From positions 1 through 57,639 of the IMG/VR virus record IMGVR_UViG_3300018083_000005: a stretch of DNA of 57,639 nucleotides; one strand, given 5' to 3'. The translations under genes were made by a program, and so were the position numbers. Positions 46,368 to 53,680 of the stretch are shown piece by piece. Position 1 is the first letter of the stretch. Each line of letters opens with the position of its first letter. A model generated the notes under the pieces. It searched no databases. It had not been told where the DNA came from and worked only from the letters and a program-made list of their open reading frames with translations. This DNA comes from a virus. Its lineage: Duplodnaviria > Caudoviricetes.

Positions 46368-46829
46368 TCAACCATGTATCATAGCAAGCGCCTCTGGAAT
46401 TGTCAAGCCCTGCTTCTGTAACGATTTGAATTTGAGGTACGCTGTGTGACAGGACTTATTTTCGTTTCGTTTGTGGAACAGAGCGCCGTCTTTAGCACCC
46501 TTTATCGGTTTCCTACAGGCTTGACATATCGGACGAGCTAGCTCTGTTACGGCGTCCCTGGCTTGAGTGAATGTGTAGCCTCTGACAACCATGAGCAATT
46601 CTATCTCGTCTGCATGTTTGGTTAACCAAAGCTCTTGCCGACAAGTACGGCACGTAGTACGATAAAGGTCGCTCCCTTGAAGCACAGTACCACAGTGAAT
46701 GCATTTTGCTCGGTGATCTATTTGATCTGAACACTCAGCACACCAGCCAGTATCGTAGTTAAAATTGAGATACGAAACCCAATCCCCGCAAGAGGTACAT
46801 AGTTCCTCTAGGTCGGGAATTGCAGACAA
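46368..46829 (-). CDS. multi zinc-ribbon protein
   Basis: Five CxxC pairs. Confidence 0.8.
   Translation of the reverse strand: MSAIPDLEELCTSCGDWVSYLNFNYDTGWCAECSDQIDHRAKCIHCGTVLQGSDLYRTTCRTCRQELWLTKHADEIELLMVVRGYTFTQARDAVTELARPICQACRKPIKGAKDGALFHKRNENKSCHTAYLKFKSLQKQGLTIPEALAMIHG
46378..46406 (-). promoter_or_regulatory. canonical promoter TTGACA-N17-TATGAT
   Basis: 17-bp spacer with TG extension, just upstream of the helicase RBS. Confidence 0.75.
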
Positions 46830-46875
46830 CTACCAGGGCTTGCGATCTATCTTTCTAGAACGAAACCATCGGCGC

Positions 46876-47448
46876 TTACGCGCCCCCGCAACCCCATGCT
46901 CCGTAGCCAAAGCGAGAATAGACGTTAAGGGCAGCCTGGTATTGCTGTCTGGGTGTAGCGAGATAGGCTTCGGAAGGCGCACCGGCTGGCTTGTATCCGT
47001 CCCACGTGGAATTAGCGAAACCGAATGCTCCCTGATAGGCACCACTATTCCAGTCCCATCTTGAAGCTCCTGGCCCTGTACCACCTTGATATCCTGTTTC
47101 ACAGCGAGCTATCCTTTGCCATTTGGAGGGGAGCCATTGCCACCATGCGTAATGGTAAATCCACTTGGTATACTGTTCGTGATAGGCATGGGCTTGACCT
47201 CGCCAAGATGTAACCACGAAGCGTTTATAGGCACAAGCGTGCTTCCTGCGCTCTGGGTAGTATGTAGGACTTCGTGCATCACCTAGCTCCTTTTGATAGT
47301 ACCAAACCTTAGCACGGTAGTAGACTATGGCTTTTTCTGCCGATCTGCACGTTACTACTTTGACTTTTTCCTGGGGCTTTCGCTGTTGGCTATCGCCGCT
47401 ACCTACGAACAGCAGCGCGACCAGTATGGCAGCTAGTCCTAGCAGGAT
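46876..47448 (-). CDS. rpf: secreted resuscitation-promoting factor (Rpf transglycosylase domain), non-canonical start
   Basis: WQRIARCETG...W.WNSG.YQG.F.F...TW..Y...A..AT..QQ..AA...G.GAW.C; frame open 77 codons upstream of the listed GTG through a signal-peptide-like ILLGLAAILVALLFVG to ATC/CTG behind AAGGAG. Confidence 0.85.
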   Translation of the reverse strand: MLLGLAAILVALLFVGSGDSQQRKPQEKVKVVTCRSAEKAIVYYRAKVWYYQKELGDARSPTYYPERRKHACAYKRFVVTSWRGQAHAYHEQYTKWIYHYAWWQWLPSKWQRIARCETGYQGGTGPGASRWDWNSGAYQGAFGFANSTWDGYKPAGAPSEAYLATPRQQYQAALNVYSRFGYGAWGCGGA

Positions 47449-47476
47449 TCCTTCTCCTTGTTAGTTTACATGACCT

Positions 47477-47571
47477 CACGGGCGAAGGATGGACTATCCA
47501 CTTTTCTGCACGGGGATGGGTGCAGTGGGGAGATGGGTAGGATAGTCCATCCTCTTTATCGTTTGCCCGTG
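47477..47571 (-). ncRNA. long-stem RNA element with C-rich loops directly upstream of rpf RBS
   Basis: CACGGGC/GCCCGTG plus AGGATGGACTATCC/GGATAGTCCATCCT stems enclosing CCCATCTCCCC and a TGCAC-CCATCCCC-GTGCA hairpin. Confidence 0.6.
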
Positions 47572-47574
47572 GAA

Positions 47575-47658
47575 TTAAAACGAAGGAGAGGGACACGTAA
47601 CAGCTTGTTTAAAGCCGATGCATGCCCCTCTCCTGAGCGTGTACCAAGGGAGGTACAT
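47575..47658 (-). ncRNA. candidate ~85-nt anti-RBS small RNA
   Basis: Starts about 6 nt after a canonical -10; 5' hairpin UGUACC-UCCCUU-GGUACA; 3' 14-bp hairpin followed by UCGUUUU. Confidence 0.6.
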
Positions 47659-47663
47659 GCCGC

Positions 47664-47692
47664 ACGGTAGCACGTAAATCCCTAGTTGTCAA
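47664..47692 (-). promoter_or_regulatory. canonical promoter TTGACA-N17-TACCGT
   Basis: 17-bp spacer with TG extension. Confidence 0.75.
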
Positions 47693-48062
47693 GCCTTTTT
47701 CGTGCAATCCTATGTTCGCCATCTACTTGCGTCAGACCTACTCCCTTTACATCTGCATCGAAGTAAGGTAGGAAGCCTGCTGCAATATCAGGGTCATATT
47801 CCCAATCAATCTTGAGTGTCATGTTCATCGTCTGCGGAGGTACTCCTGTTTTCCTCCATGTTGCCAACAGACGAGCAATGATGAAACCTTGCATTAGATC
47901 GACGGTATCTTCGACACCCTCCCGACTAAAGGTTTTACCATCTTCAGGATTGGCTACCTTGATCTGGAAGGCCATTTCATCTGGGAAGTTAGGTTCCTGT
48001 GCTTTCGCATAGAAAGCATCGGCGTCCATACCACCATCCTGTGTGCTGTTTTCAAGTGACAT
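47682..48062 (-). CDS. hypothetical protein
   Basis: 126-aa ORF in operon. Confidence 0.75.
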   Translation of the reverse strand: MSLENSTQDGGMDADAFYAKAQEPNFPDEMAFQIKVANPEDGKTFSREGVEDTVDLMQGFIIARLLATWRKTGVPPQTMNMTLKIDWEYDPDIAAGFLPYFDADVKGVGLTQVDGEHRIARKRLDN

Positions 48063-48231
48063 CGTCGTAGACCACTATCTTATCGTAGCCCTTCACGTAA
48101 ATCTGCTTCATCTTCACGATGTAGACTTCGTGACCGGGCCTGTCGGGGTCGGTAACAATTCTACCTGTGTCCTCGTCAGGGATCGAACGGTAGTGACCCT
48201 TGACCTTAATGATCTTAGTTCGCTTTGCCAT
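48052..48231 (-). CDS. 59-aa protein with VKGHYR motif
   Basis: MAKRTKIIKVKGHYRSIPD...IYVKGY; AAGGGAGGT RBS. Confidence 0.75.
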   Translation of the reverse strand: MAKRTKIIKVKGHYRSIPDEDTGRIVTDPDRPGHEVYIVKMKQIYVKGYDKIVVYDDVT

Positions 48232-48314
48232 ACTTACCTCCCTTATTCCTGGAGAAAATCCGCGAGGAAATTCCTGTTGTCAGAATGGAAAACGCTTAGG
48301 CAGCTTCTAGAGCT

Positions 48315-48401
48315 TTAGCAGCCTCGTTGACCAATTCCCAGGATTATTGATACAATCAGTGTTGCAAGAATCAGGAAACGACCGTCCCATACCCAACTCA
48401 T
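48315..48401 (-). CDS. 28-aa membrane peptide
   Basis: MSWVWDGRFLILATLIVSIILGIGQRGC; ATGA overlap. Confidence 0.55.
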   Translation of the reverse strand: MSWVWDGRFLILATLIVSIILGIGQRGC

Positions 48402-49375
48402 CGTCTGAAGTTGAAGACTCGGCGCTCTGAGATAATGAGCGGCTTGTCTTCTGGGCCTTTGATATATTCGTAGATGTATGTCCAGTGCCAGCCATTCTTG
48501 TCGGGCTGCTTGCGCCAGTGACCTCGCACGATCCACCTTCTCGACCACGGCACAAGTGGGGCATCCGGGTCTGGTTTACATGCGGACTTGCGCCGTAGAG
48601 TTATCAGTGTGATCAATCGCTCTGGCGCATTAGTCCAGTCACGTGCATATCGTCTGCGGGTAGCACGATCCGGCGTGATCTTGATAGGCTCACCGATCTT
48701 CTGTGCTGCGAGGATATTCAGTGCTGCAAATAGTGTAAGTACACCATCCACTAGCTCACTACCCTGTGGATTGCCAGAAGCCTTCCCAGGACGTACTGTG
48801 TCGCCAGCGCGTAGCACGTAGTAGTGACTCAGGGACATGGGCGGTATGGGAATGTCATCCCTTATGAGCATGGGGATGATCTTGCTATTGAACGCATCGC
48901 CAGGATCGTTCATATCAGTCCAGAAGCACAGGACTAGAGCCGTATCAACTTCATCCCCATCCCGACTTGCACGAACACTGCACCACGATAGTGCCGAAAC
49001 GCCCATTTCCAAGCCGTTTCTATCCACACCGTGCATGGATTCCTCAAACATGCAGAATCCTATTGGGCACAGTAGCGTGTGTGGATCGAATACGTACTCG
49101 TCCGGCAAATCATGGGCTGCTTGCAACATGATGTGCTGCATATCTGTGGTGACGTACATCGTGTCTCCACGCCAAAGCATTTCATTAATGTTGCGCGTCA
49201 GGATATATACATCGTGGGCTATCTGAGCAGGTGATGCTGGCATTCCTGCACTTACTTCCTTACGCAAGATGTTGTTAAAGAAGTTCATGGTGAACGCCTC
49301 ACCTATATCAGCCTGATGCCACTTCAGCAAATCCATCTGAGTATCGAGCGCACGTTGCCAACCGTTATTTTGCAT
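48398..49375 (-). CDS. phage protein with C-terminal VRGHWR motif
   Basis: RWIVRGHWRKQ...YIKGPEDKP; function unknown. Confidence 0.85.
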   Translation of the reverse strand: MQNNGWQRALDTQMDLLKWHQADIGEAFTMNFFNNILRKEVSAGMPASPAQIAHDVYILTRNINEMLWRGDTMYVTTDMQHIMLQAAHDLPDEYVFDPHTLLCPIGFCMFEESMHGVDRNGLEMGVSALSWCSVRASRDGDEVDTALVLCFWTDMNDPGDAFNSKIIPMLIRDDIPIPPMSLSHYYVLRAGDTVRPGKASGNPQGSELVDGVLTLFAALNILAAQKIGEPIKITPDRATRRRYARDWTNAPERLITLITLRRKSACKPDPDAPLVPWSRRWIVRGHWRKQPDKNGWHWTYIYEYIKGPEDKPLIISERRVFNFRR

Positions 49376-49637
49376 GGCTAGCCTCGGCCATGTACCAGCC
49401 GACTTGTACGCCGGTCATGAAGATAGCGCACTCATGAGAAACTATCTCAATAACAGTTTCGTGCGTTACGTCCATACCAGAATCGGCCATGCGACGTAAC
49501 GTGATATCACAGTAGTCGTCAATGAGTTTCTGCACAACACCTTGCACCATGTAGTCCGCAAGGTGGCGCTCAAAATCCTCACCATTAGTTGACTGTGCTT
49601 TATTCACAGCCTCTTTTGCTTCGTCCCACGTGAGCAT
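49365..49637 (-). CDS. hypothetical protein
   Basis: ACCAAGGGAGGT RBS. Confidence 0.8.
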   Translation of the reverse strand: MLTWDEAKEAVNKAQSTNGEDFERHLADYMVQGVVQKLIDDYCDITLRRMADSGMDVTHETVIEIVSHECAIFMTGVQVGWYMAEASHAK

Positions 49638-49663
49638 AGAGTACCTCCCTTGGTTTCACGCGG

Positions 49664-49738
49664 TTAAGCTCCGTCGTCGTCGCCGTCGTCCGGTGTAGGC
49701 TCCCAAGGCTCAGGAGCAGGCTCAACTTCCCAACGCAT
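49664..49738 (-). CDS. 24-aa acidic Pro/Trp peptide
   Basis: MRWEVEPAPEPWEPTPDDGDDDGA; AAGGGAGGT RBS; first ORF after a promoter-like site. Confidence 0.7.
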   Translation of the reverse strand: MRWEVEPAPEPWEPTPDDGDDDGA

Positions 49739-49776
49739 ATGTAACCTCCCTTCAGTAACTTGAAGTTACGAAAGTC

Positions 49777-49795
49777 AGTATACCACACGTGTCAA
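49777..49795 (-). promoter_or_regulatory. short-spacer promoter-like site TTGACA-N7-TATACT
   Basis: TTGACAcgtgtggTATACT. Confidence 0.8.
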
Positions 49796-49801
49796 GACAA
49801 T

Positions 49802-49859
49802 TGTGGGGCTAGAGGTTGCCGTCACCCCGCTAGAGGAGATTATTTCCTCTAGCCCCACA
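49802..49859 (-). other. 14-bp inverted-repeat stem with alternative inner pairing
   Basis: TGTGGGGCTAGAGG...CCTCTAGCCCCACA with a second CCTCTAGC copy inside (minus strand). Confidence 0.7.
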
Positions 49860-49862
49860 CTT

Positions 49863-50015
49863 TTAGTGCATCAGCATGTCCTGCCGAAGCAGGATGCCGA
49901 AGTTCTGGTAGATAATGAGAATGAACATGGCGTCCACGTAGTCCTGCTCGCTTTCAAACGAGGCAAGGAACTCGGGCCTGTTGTAATACTGCAACTGCCA
50001 CATGTCAATTCTCAT
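49863..50015 (-). CDS. small hypothetical protein
   Basis: MRIDMWQLQYY...; weak RBS. Confidence 0.5.
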   Translation of the reverse strand: MRIDMWQLQYYNRPEFLASFESEQDYVDAMFILIIYQNFGILLRQDMLMH

Positions 50016-50027
50016 TTCGGTGTTAGT

Positions 50028-50068
50028 TGGGGAGTGTAGCAAACCGTTGCTTTTCACTACACTCCCCA
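50028..50068 (-). other. 16-bp stem-loop after 50084-50422
   Basis: UGGGGAGUGUAGUGAA/UUUGCUACACUCCCCA; G-U pairs work on the minus strand. Confidence 0.7.
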
Positions 50069-50083
50069 TTCTACGAGTCTAGC

Positions 50084-50422
50084 TTAGCTCTCGTCCGCAA
50101 CTGCGGTGTTCTCAAGGAACACCATGCCGACGATACCCTTCTCGTCGTTAGCGCCACGCGAGGACACCTTGATCGTGTCAAGTCCGTCCGGTGCGTTCTT
50201 GGAATCCTTCGCATTCTTCAGCGCCGTAGCGACCGAGGAAGACTTCTTCCCATTGAACACGCCCCGATTCATCGGGATACGTGCGTAACGCTTACCACCA
50301 GCGTGAAAGGACTGAAGCACCTTAGTGTAAAGGCCGCGCTCAGCCGAGCCGCCGCCTCCCTCAGACCTCCACTCGTCTGCCGAAATCTCCTCAAAGAGAT
50401 TATCGACTGCCGTATCGCTCAT
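50084..50422 (-). CDS. putative small DNA-binding protein with LFEEISADEW motif
   Basis: Start at ATG 50422 after AAGGAGAG; RG-Y...L..F...SV...L...A...VFL pattern. Confidence 0.75.
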   Translation of the reverse strand: MSDTAVDNLFEEISADEWRSEGGGGSAERGLYTKVLQSFHAGGKRYARIPMNRGVFNGKKSSSVATALKNAKDSKNAPDGLDTIKVSSRGANDEKGIVGMVFLENTAVADES

Positions 50423-50447
50423 TGTCTCTCCTTCGTTTGTTGGTGCA

Positions 50448-50924
50448 TTAGGTACTGCTCTTTGCCTTGGACGTGCCAAGTCTTTTACCTCCCTCAATCG
50501 CATCTAACCGGGCCTTAATTTCAGTAAGCTCCCGGTCGAAGCTCAAAATGAAACCGTTTATGTCTACTCCCTGTAACCTCCTTTGCAAGTCTTTGACCTG
50601 TTGACGGACTGTATCAAGCTCTGTGGGTTTTGTCAAGCGTTTCTCGTAAATACCCACATACTCGTCGTATTCAGGCTTGTGGCGCAGCAGTATCACTGAG
50701 CCTTGCCGACCTGAACCACGCTTTACCTGTTCAATACAGCCCATCGCTGTGAGGGCGTCGAATATCTTTGTGTAATAGCCCTGACTCACGCCGATAGCGC
50801 GGAAGGCTTCGACCTTCGATCCCTCAAACTTTAGTGTACCACCGTTGTCAAGTGGAGCGGCACGTTTTTCAAGCTCGTCGTACATGTGAGCCATGTGAGT
50901 GAAGATAGCCGGAATGTCACTCAT
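50448..50924 (-). CDS. winged-helix protein with C-terminal coiled coil
   Basis: FRAIGVSQGYYTKIFDALTAMGCIEQVKRG. Confidence 0.75.
   Translation of the reverse strand: MSDIPAIFTHMAHMYDELEKRAAPLDNGGTLKFEGSKVEAFRAIGVSQGYYTKIFDALTAMGCIEQVKRGSGRQGSVILLRHKPEYDEYVGIYEKRLTKPTELDTVRQQVKDLQRRLQGVDINGFILSFDRELTEIKARLDAIEGGKRLGTSKAKSST
50608..50636 (-). promoter_or_regulatory. internal canonical promoter TTGACA-N17-TACAGT
   Basis: 17-bp spacer, TG extension; could drive 50084-50422. Confidence 0.6.
50833..50851 (-). promoter_or_regulatory. intragenic short-spacer site TTGACA-N7-TACACT
   Basis: TTGACAacggtggTACACT inside 50448-50924. Confidence 0.6.
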
Positions 50925-51390
50925 TACTCTTTAGCCACTCCTCTAGGAACTCGTCCCGTGCGGCCTTAGCCAATTCCTTAGTGGGGAAGTATCCCACGTG
51001 TCGAGTCTTCCCGCCGACCGATATTGACGCTTGCCATGGATTTTCGATCTTGTCAGGCTTGAGCTTGATCCCTGTGTCGGGGTTATCTTCGTACCGTCGT
51101 CGGATATTCTCGGCATTCGGTAGAAAACGCAAATTCTCTTTCTGATTGTCTAGACCGTTAGTATTGATATGATCGATAACCATACCACGTGGTGCATTTC
51201 CCATAACTAGCTGATGCATGAGAATTGTATTGCGCGAAGACCCTCCGAATACCGTTTGAGCATACATTACATCACTTTCCCGCACACGCATCGGATACCA
51301 CTTTAGCCGAGACAATAGTGGGAAATCTTCGTCGTCCACTTTTGCAAACAGTGCGAGTATCAAACTCTCTCCAACAACAATCTGTTTCAT
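50917..51390 (-). CDS. HNH endonuclease with AP2 domain
   Basis: VDDED, MHQLVM, DHINTNGLDNQKENLR, W-ASI...VGYF-T-ELA-xAR. Confidence 0.93.
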   Translation of the reverse strand: MKQIVVGESLILALFAKVDDEDFPLLSRLKWYPMRVRESDVMYAQTVFGGSSRNTILMHQLVMGNAPRGMVIDHINTNGLDNQKENLRFLPNAENIRRRYEDNPDTGIKLKPDKIENPWQASISVGGKTRHVGYFPTKELAKAARDEFLEEWLKSNE

Positions 51391-51686
51391 ACCTTATCCG
51401 TCCCCGCGACAAAGCAATCCCTGCAGACGAACAAGCCTTCTCTGATTTCAAAGACATGTCGCACCGGATACTTCTTTCGTATTTCTATTTGCTCCGGGGA
51501 TAGCATCTTCTGTGTTTCTTTATGACCGACAACTGTACACCAGCCCGGAATTGTGGGCAGAGTAAACCATACAGTTTGAATTCTCGGCTCAGTGACAAGA
51601 TCACGCTTAGTACGCGAAATTGATTCCTTACGGAATTCGTCCCCACTGATTACTTCAAAGAGAGAGTCTTGCTCTGCCTCACTCAT
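51387..51686 (-). CDS. protein with LFEVISGDEF motif and C-terminal CxxC
   Basis: GAGGA RBS; WC...H...CRDC. Confidence 0.8.
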   Translation of the reverse strand: MSEAEQDSLFEVISGDEFRKESISRTKRDLVTEPRIQTVWFTLPTIPGWCTVVGHKETQKMLSPEQIEIRKKYPVRHVFEIREGLFVCRDCFVAGTDKV

Positions 51687-51833
51687 TTGTTTCCTCTAGC
51701 TCGGCCTCGTATTCTAGTCTGGACTGTTGACATAGACTAAGCAACTCGTTACCTCGCGCTATGTATTTATCCCTTCGCTCTAGTTCTTTTACTAGGCGAG
51801 CAAGACGCCTTTCATATGCGATAGCAGCGAATC

Positions 51834-52163
51834 TCACTTCTCGCTATCCTCAAAGTTGAAGTTGAGGATTTTGCTCAGCTTCACGTAACCCATAGGTGCG
51901 TATGCACCATCGGCTCGTTTGAGCAGGATTTGCTCGTAGTCATCGATGATCTTGCTATGGAAGATAATCCCATAGGTAATGTTGAATCGATCACCATTGA
52001 GGACTACCGTATCTTTCTTTGCCTTCACAGCAGTCTGAAGCTGTGACATAGCAATAGGATTAAGCCACTCGACACGATCCCTATGCTTATGATCGAACAC
52101 GTCAGCCTCCCTACTAGAGACTGTATCAGGCGGCGACCAATGAGACTTAGCTAGTTCTTTCAT
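51834..52163 (-). CDS. hypothetical protein
   Basis: GGAGGAG RBS, TAATG overlap. Confidence 0.8.
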   Translation of the reverse strand: MKELAKSHWSPPDTVSSREADVFDHKHRDRVEWLNPIAMSQLQTAVKAKKDTVVLNGDRFNITYGIIFHSKIIDDYEQILLKRADGAYAPMGYVKLSKILNFNFEDSEK

Positions 52164-52345
52164 TACTCCTCCGTTGACGAGGGTAGGAAGTTAATTGTCT
52201 TAGCACCCTCTATGCATTCAGGGTTATCGTTGCAATACCTAACATTCTGTTGTATAGGAACGCTACCCATGTACCTAGTGGTACTGTACACAGATATCTG
52301 AGCGTCCTCACGTACTTTGCCACACACGTGACATTTCCATGTCAT
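52163..52345 (-). CDS. small zinc-binding protein
   Basis: WKCHVCG-xR-D-xISV...NVRYCNDNP-C. Confidence 0.8.
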   Translation of the reverse strand: MTWKCHVCGKVREDAQISVYSTTRYMGSVPIQQNVRYCNDNPECIEGAKTINFLPSSTEE

Positions 52346-52764
52346 TAGCTAGCCTTCAAGAGTGGATCGGTGCAGACCCATTCGACTTCTTCCTCGACAA
52401 TCTCCGGGGAATAGTGAGCGGCATGCACGATCTTGTTTCCTGTCTTGACTGCCTTGCACACAACCTCACGCGCAACACTCATACGAAGATTCAACTTCGT
52501 ACCGAATTGCCTAGAGATTGTAAGCTGTGTACCCTGGTAATCCTTTTTCACAGGCTTCAGAATGCGAACCATCTGCTTCGTGATGGATTTCTTTTCCTTC
52601 GCACTCAGTTGCTCAAAAGTCTGCCGCTGGTAGTACGGTAGATAAATCGTAGCAGCCAGCGTAATATCATTTACGGGCATTTCGACTCCCCTATCTTCAA
52701 GGAAATCAGCAAGCTCCCGTAGGGATTCCACTAGGGCATCCCTCTCCTTATACCTCATCTTCAC
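52345..52764 (-). CDS. hypothetical protein
   Basis: LRELADFLE...REVVC...VEW-C-PLL; ACCAAGGGAGGT RBS. Confidence 0.85.
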   Translation of the reverse strand: MKMRYKERDALVESLRELADFLEDRGVEMPVNDITLAATIYLPYYQRQTFEQLSAKEKKSITKQMVRILKPVKKDYQGTQLTISRQFGTKLNLRMSVAREVVCKAVKTGNKIVHAAHYSPEIVEEEVEWVCTDPLLKAS

Positions 52765-52910
52765 TTACCTCCCTTGGTTCTGGAAACCATTTGGATTCTA
52801 GGATACGCTCGATATCATCTTGCATATCCAACATTTTGTTGTGAATGATAATTACGTAGATAATCAGGATTGCTATACCGATATCCTGTATTGCATCGAC
52901 TAGATCACCA

Positions 52911-53288
52911 CTAACGGTAGGCATCGAAGCTCCTGTTGATTAGTTCATCCTTCATGATGAAATTCTCAAGCTCCATGTCTGCCTGCTTCACGATCCTAGC
53001 CCACGGCACATGGATACCACACGCCTTTGTGAATCCACCTTGTCCAGACTTGCGAATATCAAACTCATGTTCATACAAGATTCCAGCTTCACTCAGGAAA
53101 TAATCACGGAACGGATAGTCTCCGGATGTAGTAGCGGTAGTACCATCATGCTCAAATACCCACCATCCCGCTTCGTACTGTCCGGCTGATGCATCGGGGT
53201 AGACACGATCTTCTAGCGTTACCGTGATCTTACCACCCTTGTCAAGCCGACATATAAGCGTTTCACCAGCTTCAGGCACCGGAACCAT
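52911..53288 (-). CDS. hypothetical protein
   Basis: 125-aa ORF in operon. Confidence 0.7.
   Translation of the reverse strand: MVPVPEAGETLICRLDKGGKITVTLEDRVYPDASAGQYEAGWWVFEHDGTTATTSGDYPFRDYFLSEAGILYEHEFDIRKSGQGGFTKACGIHVPWARIVKQADMELENFIMKDELINRSFDAYR
53227..53245 (-). promoter_or_regulatory. intragenic short-spacer site TTGACA-N7-TAAGAT
   Basis: TTGACAagggtggTAAGAT inside 52911-53288. Confidence 0.6.
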
Positions 53289-53484
53289 CCCCTCTGATTA
53301 GCCTAGTAGTTGGCTGCTCACAGAAGAATGGTTTATCGTTACCAGCGTAATGAGCCATCATCCCTGTGACTCCTCCACACTTACTGCAGTGATAATGGTT
53401 TGAATCACCAGCAGGACAATGTGCATAGCCTGCATTGCAGATCATTACACCAGGCTCAATCTTGGTGGCTTTCTCGTATGTCAT
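53272..53484 (-). CDS. small Cys/His-rich protein
   Basis: MTYEKATK...HYHCSKCG. Confidence 0.65.
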   Translation of the reverse strand: MTYEKATKIEPGVMICNAGYAHCPAGDSNHYHCSKCGGVTGMMAHYAGNDKPFFCEQPTTRLIRGDGSGA

Positions 53485-53497
53485 TATAGTCCGGATG

Positions 53498-53665
53498 TTA
53501 TTCATCCTCTGCCCCGAATTCAAAGTCGTCACGCATGCGATCATAGACCGCTTGCTTGATTTCGTCGTCGGTCATGTCGGCCATCGGAGAATCAAAGTCG
53601 TTCTCCTCTGCCCAGACGCGAGGAGCTTCCTCTTGCCAGTTGTCTCTGTAGTCTTCGATAGGCAT
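53498..53665 (-). CDS. 55-aa highly acidic protein
   Basis: 20 of 55 residues are D/E; ACCAAGGGAG RBS. Confidence 0.75.
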   Translation of the reverse strand: MPIEDYRDNWQEEAPRVWAEENDFDSPMADMTDDEIKQAVYDRMRDDFEFGAEDE

Positions 53666-53680
53666 GTATCTCCCTTGGTT

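Noticed and set aside
46830-47102. 90-aa minus-strand ORF overlapping rpf
   Set aside because: Alternative frame within the clearly conserved Rpf domain.
47477-47658. c-di-AMP (ydaO) riboswitch upstream of rpf
   Set aside because: I could not find the ydaO conserved segments (GCUGAAUCC-like and CAGCUAAC-like); kept only as an unassigned structured leader.
47644-47677. Plus-strand RBS with mini-ORF MPHGST
   Set aside because: Six codons, antisense to the whole arm and running into a leftward promoter; the minus-strand RNA reading is better supported.
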